A stretch of DNA of 64,000 nt from Candidatus Undinarchaeales archaeon (GTDB taxonomy: Archaea > SpSt-1190 > JASMDC01): assembly GCA_030753015.1 (NCBI GenBank), contig JASMDC010000002.1:32001-96000 (forward strand), in the 5' to 3' direction. Below are positions 37,332-46,188 of this stretch, in pieces. Each line of letters starts with the position of its first letter. Position 1 is the first letter of the stretch. A program made the position numbers and the translations under genes. A model generated the notes under the pieces. That model did no database searches. It was given only the letters and a program-made list of their open reading frames with translations, and was not told where the DNA came from.

Positions 37332-37510
37332 TGCTCATCCACCTTGGTGATCGCATCGATGTTGATGGCAGTGCGCTTGGTCTTGTGCTTGCTCCCCAGA
37401 AGGGAGTAGACGAGCTCTTTGGCGTCGTCCTTGTTCTCGGCGGTCACCGTCTTGGTGAACGGCATGACGTTGCGTCCCATCCGGAACGAACCTTTCACGG
37501 AATATTGCAT
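37328..37510 (-). CDS. rpl18a: 50S ribosomal protein L18Ae/LX
   Basis: YSVKG...FTK...YSLLGSKHKTKR; conserved synteny. Confidence 0.92.
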   Translation of the reverse strand: MQYSVKGSFRMGRNVMPFTKTVTAENKDDAKELVYSLLGSKHKTKRTAINIDAITKVDEQ

Positions 37511-37528
37511 GTCATCTACCTCCAATGA

Positions 37529-38197
37529 TCATATGAACCCGAGTGCTTCGTCGATACGCGCGAGCTCCGGTCCGGTCGTTTCTTTTCCCACTATGAATCC
37601 AGTGCTATTGGCCAGGAGCCCCGTCCCCACATAAGGGGAACCGCGGTTCACTGAGCCGATCTCCACGGGCACTTTCATGATCTTCTCGATAAGGTCCAGG
37701 TCCTTGTCCGCAGCGTCCGGGGAAACGATGACTCCTCGGTTCGTGGCACAGGCCAGCGAGCCGATGAGGGGTACGCTCGAAATGGGACTGGTCGTGATCT
37801 TGACGCTGAGAGTGTCCCGGATCGTGTCCAGGGCAGAGCCCTCTATCCGGGGATCCACAAGTGCAGTGCTATCGTTGACGAGCATGAGGTTGCCCAGAGC
37901 GGTGAACTCGCTCGGCACCACTCCCACTTCCACCTTGAGCCGTGATCGTAGGCCCTCGATCTCACGTTCTTTGGTGATGGACGGTACGAGGACGCCGTTG
38001 GAATTCGCGACACAGAACAATCCCAAGAGAGGGGAGTTGGACACGATGGTCGGCATTACTGGTACGTCGAGGGTCTTCTTCAGGGTCTTTATCACTCGTG
38101 CTTTCAGATTCGTAGGCACGAGAGTGTAGGCATCAGTGCACAGAGCGAAAATCCCGATGTAATCGCTGTTGTTGATCTGGACCTTCGCCACGTGCAC
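37529..38197 (-). CDS. eif6: Translation initiation factor 6
   Basis: IGIF, GSVNRG and TTGPELARI motifs. Confidence 0.95.
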   Translation of the reverse strand: MHVAKVQINNSDYIGIFALCTDAYTLVPTNLKARVIKTLKKTLDVPVMPTIVSNSPLLGLFCVANSNGVLVPSITKEREIEGLRSRLKVEVGVVPSEFTALGNLMLVNDSTALVDPRIEGSALDTIRDTLSVKITTSPISSVPLIGSLACATNRGVIVSPDAADKDLDLIEKIMKVPVEIGSVNRGSPYVGTGLLANSTGFIVGKETTGPELARIDEALGFI

Positions 38198-38221
38198 TGG
38201 ACCATCACGCTCCCCGGAGGA

Positions 38222-38854
38222 CTACTCCTTCGCTTCCTTCTTCTCGGCCTTGGGCTTATCCTCGGCCTTCTTGGTAGGTGCCTTCTTCTCGGCCTTGGGC
38301 TTATCCTCGGTCTTCTTGGCAGGTGCCTTCTTCTCGGCCTTGGGTTTATCCTCGGTCTTCTTGGCAGGTGCCTTCTTCTCGACCTTGGGCTTGTCCTCGG
38401 TCTTCTTGGCAGGCGCCTTCTTCTCGGCCTTGGGGACAGCCTTGACTTCCTTGTCGACCTCGGCCTCAAGGGCCTCGGCCATCTCCTCCGATCCGGCGAG
38501 CATCTCCTCTGCGGACACAGCCTCGGCGACGGGCTCAATACCCACCTCCTCGGGTGCCTCGGGCGCTTCCTCGGCTTCAGGCTTCACCTCGGGGAAGCGG
38601 ATGTCGATACCCATGAGCTCGGCACGCACCTGACCCTCGTCATTCTTGATAGTGTGGATGCGGATGCGGGGAGGGATACGCGTGATACCGTTCTTCCACA
38701 CGAGGTCGTTTATCGAGGCGCCGATATAGACATCGTCGGACTTCATGTGGCGCGTGAGGAACTGGCGGATGATCCTGATAGCCTTTGGAGCACGCTTCGT
38801 GGTCGGGGCACGCTTGGCCTTGGCGAGCGGAATCGTGTAGACACGGTCTAGCAT
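38222..38854 (-). CDS. rpl31e: 50S ribosomal protein L31e with long acidic and Lys/Glu/Ala-rich tail
   Basis: RVYTIPL, RAPKAI and VWKNGI...PPRIR motifs; ~125 aa low-complexity extension. Confidence 0.93.
   Translation of the reverse strand: MLDRVYTIPLAKAKRAPTTKRAPKAIRIIRQFLTRHMKSDDVYIGASINDLVWKNGITRIPPRIRIHTIKNDEGQVRAELMGIDIRFPEVKPEAEEAPEAPEEVGIEPVAEAVSAEEMLAGSEEMAEALEAEVDKEVKAVPKAEKKAPAKKTEDKPKVEKKAPAKKTEDKPKAEKKAPAKKTEDKPKAEKKAPTKKAEDKPKAEKKEAKE
38238..38432 (-). repeat. 45-bp tandem repeat, ~4 copies, encoding KAEKKAPAKKTEDKP
   Basis: Directly visible in both DNA and protein. Confidence 0.9.
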
Positions 38855-38866
38855 TTCATCCCCCTC

Positions 38867-39016
38867 CTAGATCTTGGCGTTACTGATGCGCCAGTGGTGC
38901 CGCTTCGGGTGGTCACGCACCCTGCGTCGGGTCTTCACCACGACCCACAAGGGGACGCGCTTGTTCTGTCGAGCGTATCGTGCATATCTGAGCTTTCTAG
39001 CATGTGGTTCAGCCAT
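38867..39016 (-). CDS. rpl39e: 50S ribosomal protein L39e
   Basis: QNKRVPLWVVVKT...HPKRHHWR; 49 aa. Confidence 0.95.
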   Translation of the reverse strand: MAEPHARKLRYARYARQNKRVPLWVVVKTRRRVRDHPKRHHWRISNAKI

Positions 39017-39608
39017 TGTTAGACCTCCATCCGATGATCTTGGATTGAACATGAACGGGGAAGAGCGTCGAGGGGTTGTGGCCAAGCTCCGTGAGTCGGG
39101 CGCGGACCTCGCGCTCGTAGTCGCCGATGAGAAGGGACGTGCCCTCCTCGTACTGGAAAAGTCGGTCGGCCAGTCGCCGTACCGTGCGGTGGCCCATCCC
39201 GATAAGCGGCGCCCAGTACTCAGTGCCGTGTCGGTCCTCGAGACTGCGCATCTCTGCAGGGGTGAGCTTTGGTGTGATATCGTCGCGGCGCGTGCCATCG
39301 GCGATAATGGCGGTGTTCGGGGCGAGCGTCTCTACAACCGCAAGGTGGAGCTGCCTCAGCCCCTCCCGTGGCCGTCCGTCGGCCACGATGCGCTCGCACG
39401 CCTGGTCGAGGAGCTTCCTATCGAGCTCGATATGACGGTGGGCGAATCCGAGCGATGCCGCCGCGTGCTCCGCCTCACGCCAAGCGTCAGTGATCCCGAA
39501 GGATACTGTCGTACAGGTGACGTCGAATCCTGCGTTCTGTAGAAGATGGGCTGTCAATGAGGAGTCCTTACCTCCACTGAAGAGCACAATGGCCTCGTCA
39601 CCGCTCAT
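39009..39608 (-). CDS. PP-loop ATPase family protein (COG2117-like)
   Basis: LFSGGKDSSL, ADGTRRDD and DYEREVR; usual neighbour of rpl39e. Confidence 0.85.
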   Translation of the reverse strand: MSGDEAIVLFSGGKDSSLTAHLLQNAGFDVTCTTVSFGITDAWREAEHAAASLGFAHRHIELDRKLLDQACERIVADGRPREGLRQLHLAVVETLAPNTAIIADGTRRDDITPKLTPAEMRSLEDRHGTEYWAPLIGMGHRTVRRLADRLFQYEEGTSLLIGDYEREVRARLTELGHNPSTLFPVHVQSKIIGWRSNNG

Positions 39609-39952
39609 TTTATGATCCGGTACTCCTTCTTGTTTGCGCCTCTGATCTTCTTGATGATGGTAAGGAGGGCCTTCTCGTCAACCTTCCCGGTGATCTGGCG
39701 ACTTTGGATGAGCTGGATGAGCACGACCTCGACCTGTTCAACGAAGTCTGGACGAGCAATTCGGATCCGGCCGAGGCGTTCGCGTGCTTCCTCGGTGAGC
39801 ATCTTGAGAAAGAGCGTCCGCTTGAGCTCATCGAATTGCTGTCGCTGGGCATCATCATCCATTTGCTGTTGCAGTTGGGCATTGGCATCCAGCTCCTGTT
39901 TTTGACGAAGATACTCCTGCAGTTTTCGCCGACGTATCTCCTCGAGATCGAT
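39605..39952 (-). CDS. PDCD5-like dsDNA-binding protein, apparent non-canonical (ATC) start
   Basis: LTEEARERLGRIRIARP...VEVVLIQL core. The conserved N-terminal DLEEIRRRKLQE lies upstream of the first ATG (39862). Confidence 0.85.
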   Translation of the reverse strand: MDLEEIRRRKLQEYLRQKQELDANAQLQQQMDDDAQRQQFDELKRTLFLKMLTEEARERLGRIRIARPDFVEQVEVVLIQLIQSRQITGKVDEKALLTIIKKIRGANKKEYRIIK

Positions 39953-39955
39953 CGC

Positions 39956-40378
39956 CTACCCTCCCTTGCTTACCTTGAGGGCCAGGGAATCGAGGAACTT
40001 CTGTCCCTTAGGACTGACGATCCGTCCAGATCCCTTCTTGACTTTCACGTAGCCAGAGCCCTCGAGCTGCTGAAGGATATTTCGGAGGATCTTACCGCCT
40101 GCCTTCTGGAACCTTTCAGGCTTCATCCCCCGGTTCTTCCTGCCGCCGTAGAACGTGCGCAGGCGCTCGACACCGACCGGACCATCAATGTAGATCCGGC
40201 GGAGGATGGAAGCGGCTCTGATCTGCCACCAGTTCTCCTGCTCCGGTCGTCGGGTCTTGTGAGAGCCCGTCTTCACGAACGCGGCCCACGGAGGAGCCAC
40301 GATGTTCTTGTCCTTCTTCAGTTCCTGGGAGAGCTTGAGCGTGAGCCCGGCCGCTGGGACGTCATAAACGGTTACCAT
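39956..40378 (-). CDS. rps19e: 30S ribosomal protein S19e
   Basis: TVYDVP, WAAFVKTG, RAASILRRIY and ILQQLE motifs. Confidence 0.96.
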   Translation of the reverse strand: MVTVYDVPAAGLTLKLSQELKKDKNIVAPPWAAFVKTGSHKTRRPEQENWWQIRAASILRRIYIDGPVGVERLRTFYGGRKNRGMKPERFQKAGGKILRNILQQLEGSGYVKVKKGSGRIVSPKGQKFLDSLALKVSKGG

Positions 40379-40937
40379 TGACTTCACCCTTGATCAAGAG
40401 TTTTCGCCCGCGCATGTCGACGACCGATACCCCCAACCGCTCCCTTAGGGCGCGGACGAGAACCCAGTCGTGCCTTTCCGCGGGCGGCGTGGTTTTGAGC
40501 TTCACGCTTATTAATGTTGCGGTCGCCGTGTGCCGTTCCAGTTCCCGAATAATGTCTTCTGTAAGCCCCTCGGGACCAATCTCGACGGTCGGAGTCTCGG
40601 GCTGATAGTCGCGTCGCTCCGCCCGCTCCCGAGCAAACGGTAATCGTGTAATGGTGCCGCATCCCAAGCACGTCCGTACGACCCTGCCCCGCTTCACACG
40701 GACACGGGCGGTCTGGCCGTGCACCATCGGAAGATGGCAGGATGTGCAGACGGAGCGTCTGCGCTGGGCTCCGAGGGGGAGAAGATAGCGCATACCTATA
40801 CGACGGGCCAGCCACACGTATCGGCGGGCGAGCTCGGGTGCCTCTCGCACGGTCCTTTTAGCACGGTCGAGCAGGATATCGATGCGCTCGGAGGCCAGCC
40901 GGCGCATCCATTGGGGCTTCCTTCCACCCCGACCCAT
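40362..40937 (-). CDS. rnp4: RNase P protein Rpp21 fused to a YhbY/CRM-like domain
   Basis: ERIDIL, ARRYV and the CTSC...CLGC zinc ribbon, then PTVEIGPEGLTEDIIRE...LISVKL...RGRKLL with no intervening stop. Confidence 0.8.
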   Translation of the reverse strand: MGRGGRKPQWMRRLASERIDILLDRAKRTVREAPELARRYVWLARRIGMRYLLPLGAQRRRSVCTSCHLPMVHGQTARVRVKRGRVVRTCLGCGTITRLPFARERAERRDYQPETPTVEIGPEGLTEDIIRELERHTATATLISVKLKTTPPAERHDWVLVRALRERLGVSVVDMRGRKLLIKGEVNGNRL

Positions 40938-41620
40938 CAGCTCTTCCCCGTGAACAGGCCCTTTGCGTCCTCGTAAGCGTGGAGGACGGTGGATAGCACC
41001 GTCCATGCCGGGAGGCCGGAGTCGTAGATACTGATGACATTCTCCTCGTCCCGGTGCTTGCGATCGAACTCCCCATGAGGGAAGCCACCGATGACCACTA
41101 TAGGCCGCTTTTCCTTGGCCAGCTGACGCCCCAGTACCCGGGGCGACATCCGCTTGCCTTTCTTGGACAGGATGAAGACCTTGGACGGTTTCTCCCGTTC
41201 CAAGAGCTCATCAAGTGTCATATCCGCCAGTTCCAGCAGAGGCTGTTGTGGAGGGACGGCGCCCTCGATCAGGAGCTGACGCATTAGCCCTGCGAACCTA
41301 TTGTAGTCCTTCGGGATGCGCGTATAGCGGTTGATGGAGATTACTTTGTCGTGACGCGTGTGCACGTGAAGCCTGAGGTGGTCCTTGGAGTTGGCCACCG
41401 AGTGGAGGGCGGTGACCAGGCAGAAGTGGAGGATGTCGGGTCGCCCCCGTCGTCGACCATCGTCGAGCTTCCACGTCGCTCGGTGGTGATGTGTCGACTC
41501 AAGTAGCATATGGCGTGGTTCGTTCCCCGAACGCTCCGCTGATGCCGTGATGACGGTGTCCTTGTGCAACCGCTCCGGGACCAGTTCGAGCTCGGTCTCG
41601 GCAATGACGATGTGGAGCAT
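40937..41620 (-). CDS. nep1: 16S rRNA pseudouridine N1-methyltransferase Nep1/EMG1
   Basis: ELELVP, RGRPDILH, RIPKDYNRF and IGGFPHGEF motifs. Confidence 0.93.
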   Translation of the reverse strand: MLHIVIAETELELVPERLHKDTVITASAERSGNEPRHMLLESTHHHRATWKLDDGRRRGRPDILHFCLVTALHSVANSKDHLRLHVHTRHDKVISINRYTRIPKDYNRFAGLMRQLLIEGAVPPQQPLLELADMTLDELLEREKPSKVFILSKKGKRMSPRVLGRQLAKEKRPIVVIGGFPHGEFDRKHRDEENVISIYDSGLPAWTVLSTVLHAYEDAKGLFTGKS

Positions 41621-41674
41621 CAGGACATATCAGCTGGGAAATAGTAATAAAGTGCTCGGATGGGGGTTAAAAAG

Positions 41675-41791
41675 TGTTGGCGACGGTCCGGGCTTCCCAC
41701 CATCACGGCAGTACCACACGGAACGCGGGAGGACTTTACTTCCGGGTTCGAGATGGGACCGGGTGTTACCCCTCCGCTATGGCCGCCAACG
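41675..41791 (-). rRNA. rrf: 5S ribosomal RNA
   Basis: Minus strand reads GTTGGCGGCCATAGCGGAGGGGTAACACCCGGTCCCATCTCGAACCCGGAAGTAAAG...GGGAAGCCCGGACCGTCGCCAAC, with a paired terminal stem. Confidence 0.95.
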
Positions 41792-41810
41792 TCAGCCTTT
41801 TTAGGGAGGG

Positions 41811-41820
41811 ACTTTTTATA
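41811..41820 (-). promoter_or_regulatory. TATA box of the 5S rRNA gene
   Basis: TATAAAAAGT about 25 nt upstream of the 5S 5' end. Confidence 0.7.
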
Positions 41821-41939
41821 GGTTGCGGTTAGGGCGGCCCGTTTCCCTGTATGATCAGCTCGATGGGACCTCTCCCGGTTGTCAAGTAGATATTAATTAT
41901 CCGGGTACGTATCCCTCGCACCAGGGAAGGAGATTCGCC

Positions 41940-42674
41940 ATGCCGAAATGTCCGAACTGCAACACCGAGGTTTCTCCCGACACGTTCAATTGCTCGACCT
42001 GTGGTGCCCAGGTGTCGCAGGCCGGGCCCGCCTATCCCGGTGCAGAACAATCGAAGATCTCAGGGGGACCGTCGGGTTCCTGGACAGGTGTCATAACCAA
42101 GGTTGTCGGAGTTGTGGTCGTAGGGCTGGTCTTCTTGTTACTCGTACTGCCCATCATCGCCAACATGTGGATCGCGAGCGTCCAGAAAGAGGTAACATCC
42201 GAGGCCGAGGAGCAGATCATGTCCTCGTTCCAGCATGGTACGCTCCAGATAGTATCGGCGTACGAGTGCGAGGACGACATCCCCGACTGTAAGACCCTTG
42301 GTAATCTCTGCTTCTTGGTGCGGAACACGGGGAATACGGTCATCCGACTGTCCGATCTTGGTTCGGCGTTGGTTGTCTACGAGCTTCCGGACGCTCCCGA
42401 GGCGGGAGACCGGCCGCTGATGGGCAAGTACATCAGTGGGACGTTCGGTGAAGATCTGACATGCTGCCTCTTCTCGGCCATGAGCGCCGAGGGTACCTGT
42501 GGTGAGAAGAAAATCATCGAGTCCAGGGAGACCTTCATCATCGGATTCAACGGGGAGTTTGAGGACGGTGCTGGCGCATCACGGCCGATGTCCTTTTCGA
42601 TCGTTGAGGAACAGCGACTAATCCTCAGTATGGACCTCCCTAGCGGGTTCAGGATTACCCATCAAGTGGTGTGA
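41940..42674 (+). CDS. Zinc-ribbon plus TM protein with pilin/archaellin-like external domain
   Basis: MPKCPNC...CSTCG, a long hydrophobic helix, then LQIVS...FLVRNTG; SD GGAG before ATG 41940. Confidence 0.65.
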   Translation: MPKCPNCNTEVSPDTFNCSTCGAQVSQAGPAYPGAEQSKISGGPSGSWTGVITKVVGVVVVGLVFLLLVLPIIANMWIASVQKEVTSEAEEQIMSSFQHGTLQIVSAYECEDDIPDCKTLGNLCFLVRNTGNTVIRLSDLGSALVVYELPDAPEAGDRPLMGKYISGTFGEDLTCCLFSAMSAEGTCGEKKIIESRETFIIGFNGEFEDGAGASRPMSFSIVEEQRLILSMDLPSGFRITHQVV

Positions 42675-42695
42675 GCGGATACGCAGGACCGCTCA

Positions 42696-43883
42696 TCATT
42701 CTCCCGTGCCATTAGCTGAAAGGATCCCTTCCTGCCATCCCCAGGCACCAGTGACCCTTCCATCCTTGGCCAAGCGTCCGAGGCGGCTCCGTGTCCCGTC
42801 AGCGAGTGTCCCGGCAGGTTCACTCTCGAAAGGTGTTCCGGGTAGGGGCATGAACACATGGACATGGGCGCGACCGTTCCGTCTGAACACCTCTTCCATG
42901 AGGCCGAGGGTGAGCTCGACGTCCTCAGTCGTCTCGCCTGGAAGGCCGAACAGGATGTCGACGTCGCATGTAAAACCATGGTCTGTCGCCACGTCAAGGG
43001 CCTGACGCACGTGGTCCGCCGTGTGGCCCCGCCCCATCGTACGCAATAAACGATCCGAACCGCACTGTGCTCCTACCGAGAGCCTACGGTTGGCCACTCG
43101 GTCCGCGACAACGTCCAAGACCTCGGGCGTGACGAAGTCCGGTCGAACCTCCGAGGGGAAGGTGCCAAGGTAGGGTTCGACGCCATGAGAACGTACGGTG
43201 TCCAGGAGCTTGGTAAGCTTTTCAGGTCGAGGTGTCCTGCCGTCCGAGCCATAGGCGAACGAATTCGGGGCCAGGAACCATATACGTGGCTTGCCGTTGC
43301 GTGCGTATAAGCGTGCCGTCCGGTCGACGGAATCGAGAGAACGGTGGCGTACGCATCGGCCGAGCAGGTAGGTGACCTGGCAGTACCCACACCCGAAGGG
43401 ACATCCGCGGGAGATCTCCAGGGGAGCGAAGAGACGCAAGCGCTCGCTCATGGGTGGATGGGCGTCAAGGTCCACAGGTGGAGCCGGATCGAACTGCCCT
43501 TCATACCCGTGTCCATAGATCCCTGGGATGCCCGCGGGCGGAACGCCGTCCCGGAGAGCTCGAGATAGCTGCCCTAGCGCATCCTCGCCCTCGCCCACAC
43601 ACACCCAATCGAACCCGTGTTCCAGGGCCTCCGCGGGCCGGGCCGAAGGGTGGGGGCCACCTGCAATGGTGCGCATACCTCGCGGGAGCGTGGCGAGCTC
43701 ACGATAGACCTTGTCCGCCCGGAGCGTGGTGAACGAGTAGGCTAGGAGGTCGACCTCGGCCGAGCGCGGCTCGTCGACCGTGACGATATCGATCCCGTCC
43801 ACACATTCCAGTGCACCGGCGAGCGCCGGGAGGGTGTAACGACTGGGTTTGGTGTACCGAAGACCGACGGTCAATCGTCCCAT
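42696..43883 (-). CDS. B12-binding radical SAM protein (TIGR04013-like)
   Basis: YSFTT, AGGPHPS, GEGE, EISRGCPFGCGYCQ and GTFPSEVRP motifs. Confidence 0.88.
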   Translation of the reverse strand: MGRLTVGLRYTKPSRYTLPALAGALECVDGIDIVTVDEPRSAEVDLLAYSFTTLRADKVYRELATLPRGMRTIAGGPHPSARPAEALEHGFDWVCVGEGEDALGQLSRALRDGVPPAGIPGIYGHGYEGQFDPAPPVDLDAHPPMSERLRLFAPLEISRGCPFGCGYCQVTYLLGRCVRHRSLDSVDRTARLYARNGKPRIWFLAPNSFAYGSDGRTPRPEKLTKLLDTVRSHGVEPYLGTFPSEVRPDFVTPEVLDVVADRVANRRLSVGAQCGSDRLLRTMGRGHTADHVRQALDVATDHGFTCDVDILFGLPGETTEDVELTLGLMEEVFRRNGRAHVHVFMPLPGTPFESEPAGTLADGTRSRLGRLAKDGRVTGAWGWQEGILSANGTGE

Positions 43884-43893
43884 GGGACCCGTT

Positions 43894-45774
43894 CTACCGG
43901 AAGGTGGGACGGACCGAGAGCCTCATGGGGAGGTACAGGTGCCTGAACGGTTTGTCCGCCGTCTCCTCCTTGATCCGGGAGACCAGGCTGTCCTCGGAGA
44001 GTCCTTCCTGCTTTTTCGTGGAGCGCACTCGGACCGCGAGCTCGCCGCCTTCGGCCTCCTTGTCGCCGAACACGATGATGTAGGGGATCCACTCCTTCGC
44101 GGCGTTGCGGATGCGCTTACCTACTGTCTCGTCGGTGTCGTCGGTGTCGACCCGGATTTCCTTGCTCCGGATGCTGCTTGCAAGGGTCTCAGCACCCTCC
44201 TTGTGTCGCTCCGCCACCGGGATGACACGCACCTGGGTGGGCGCCAGCCATACCGGCAGCTGGGCGACCCCGCCCTTCTCGGCGGTCATGTGAGCGGTTT
44301 CCAGCATAGCATAGATGTCCCGCTCCACTGCCCCGGAGATGGAGCAATGCAGGAGGAGCGGTGTCTGCTTGGAGTCCTTCTCGTCGACGTAACTGATTCC
44401 GAACCGTTCGGAGTTCTCGACATCGATCTGCACGGTGGAGAGGGCCGAACACTTATCCAGGGCGTCGACGAAGTTGAACTCGAACTTAACGACGAAGTAA
44501 GCATAGCGCTTGTCCCAGATCTCGATGAGGGCAGGTCGCTCGATGATGCGGATCATCTCCTGGACCCACTCCTTATTATCCTCGTAGAAGTCCTTGACGA
44601 CACGGAACACTACCTGATAGTTGAGCCCGAGGTCGTCCATGATGTCGCAGGAGAGCTTGTACTGGTTGAAGAACTCCGCCTTGGACTGGTCCATGTCCTT
44701 GCATACGGTGTGCATATCGGGCATGGTGAAGGCCCTAAGGCGCCGTAGCCCGACGAGCTCGCCTGCCTGCTCGCGTCGGAAGGAGTAGCGGGTGAGCTCA
44801 TACATCCGCAGCGGGAGGTTGCGGTAGGTGATGTTCATATTGTGCTTCATGAGGAACTGACCGAAGCAAGCAGCGAAGCGCATGAAGTACTTCTTTGTTC
44901 CGGACATCAGTGTGTACTGTCGTGCCGGGAACCGGTTGAGGTACTTCTCCAGAGCAGGGTGGTGATAGTCGTACATGAGGGGGGTCTCGACGGGCATACC
45001 GCCGTAGTTCACCGTCACACTGGTGATATGGTCCTCGAGTAGGTTCTTGATCAGCTCGCCCTTGGGGTACCAGCGCATGTTGCCCTGGTCGGAGCCCGGC
45101 TCATAGTCAGCGATCTCAAGCCGCTGCATGAGAGTGACGTGCGGTGGGATCCGGTCCACCGAGCGCACGCCCGATACCTCATAGTTGTAGAACCGCTTCA
45201 GGTCGGGGAATTTCTGGTAGTTGAATGAATCGGAAGGGTGGAGGGAACCGTCTGGTGTTAGGACGTTGAGCGTGTGCTTGACCTCCTCCTCCTCCTTGAG
45301 CGCCTGGGAGACTACCTCTTTCTCTTCCTGGGCCCCGCCCGCCTCGCCAGCGTAGATTATACGGGTGAGCTCCGATAGAGGGTGGCCCTTGCACTTGATG
45401 GTGAATCCCTTGTACCAGCCGAAGGGACTGCGGTGGACCTCCCATCCACCAGCTTGTAAGAAGGTCTCCATCCGTTTTAGGATCTTGATCGACTTGTTGG
45501 GGCCGGCAGGATCGGCTCCGAAGAGGAAGTGGACATAGGGATAGAGCACGATGCGCTCGGGCTTCACCTGCTCGGCCACGGCCACGATCTCGTTGGAGAC
45601 CTTCAGGGCGATAGCGTCCACATCCGCCTCGTCCGCTTTCTCGACGGCCAGAAAGCACACGAGGGCCTCCTCGACGCGCCCCTGCTTCATATCGTCAGGA
45701 ATGTCCTCTGCGACCTTGGTTTTCTTCTTGGCCTCGAACTCGAGGAAGTCTGAATGGATTAGTGCGATCCGCAT
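43894..45774 (-). CDS. thrS: Threonyl-tRNA synthetase (archaeal type with N-terminal editing domain)
   Basis: LIHSD, SPFGWYK, CKGHPLSEL, RFAACFGQF, RAFTMPDMH and LHCS motifs. Confidence 0.96.
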   Translation of the reverse strand: MRIALIHSDFLEFEAKKKTKVAEDIPDDMKQGRVEEALVCFLAVEKADEADVDAIALKVSNEIVAVAEQVKPERIVLYPYVHFLFGADPAGPNKSIKILKRMETFLQAGGWEVHRSPFGWYKGFTIKCKGHPLSELTRIIYAGEAGGAQEEKEVVSQALKEEEEVKHTLNVLTPDGSLHPSDSFNYQKFPDLKRFYNYEVSGVRSVDRIPPHVTLMQRLEIADYEPGSDQGNMRWYPKGELIKNLLEDHITSVTVNYGGMPVETPLMYDYHHPALEKYLNRFPARQYTLMSGTKKYFMRFAACFGQFLMKHNMNITYRNLPLRMYELTRYSFRREQAGELVGLRRLRAFTMPDMHTVCKDMDQSKAEFFNQYKLSCDIMDDLGLNYQVVFRVVKDFYEDNKEWVQEMIRIIERPALIEIWDKRYAYFVVKFEFNFVDALDKCSALSTVQIDVENSERFGISYVDEKDSKQTPLLLHCSISGAVERDIYAMLETAHMTAEKGGVAQLPVWLAPTQVRVIPVAERHKEGAETLASSIRSKEIRVDTDDTDETVGKRIRNAAKEWIPYIIVFGDKEAEGGELAVRVRSTKKQEGLSEDSLVSRIKEETADKPFRHLYLPMRLSVRPTFR

Positions 45775-45845
45775 GATAACACCTTCGCGTGAGACGCAAC
45801 CAAACACTTAAAAGGTTGAAGCGGTCGCGCGGTTCAAGAGGGTCC

Positions 45846-46169
45846 ATGACAATGGTGAAACACGAGACGGGAGCTCAGGACAAGGACAAGATGCGCGATC
45901 TATTCCTCCAGGAGATGCCCGCCAAGATCCTTCTTCTTCTAAAAAAACGCAGCCTCAATAAGAGCGTGCGCGACTCATACGCCTCTCAGATTTCCAAGGA
46001 CGTGGATTGTACCTACTCGCACACGGTCAAACTGCTTGGCGAGATGAACAAGCTCGGTCTGGTCAAGTTCGAGCGTAAGGGGCGCCTCAAGCTCGTGATC
46101 CTCTCGACACGGGGCTTCGATCTGGCCAGCCGGCTCGATACCCTTGTGCGGAACCTTAACAAGGTCTGA
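45846..46169 (+). CDS. Winged-helix (MarR-like) DNA-binding protein
   Basis: YASQISKDVDCTYSHTVKLL...GLVKFERKGRLK. Confidence 0.8.
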   Translation: MTMVKHETGAQDKDKMRDLFLQEMPAKILLLLKKRSLNKSVRDSYASQISKDVDCTYSHTVKLLGEMNKLGLVKFERKGRLKLVILSTRGFDLASRLDTLVRNLNKV

Positions 46170-46188
46170 GGATCAAGACCAGCCGCTC

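Noticed and set aside
39017-39298. 143-aa extended version of L39e in the ORF track
   Set aside because: The extension overlaps the PP-loop gene in another frame. The SD and family length support ATG 39016.
42696-43883. B12 radical SAM as a tailoring enzyme for the ligase island
   Set aside because: It is 11 kb away, coupled to thrS, and belongs to a widespread archaeal family.
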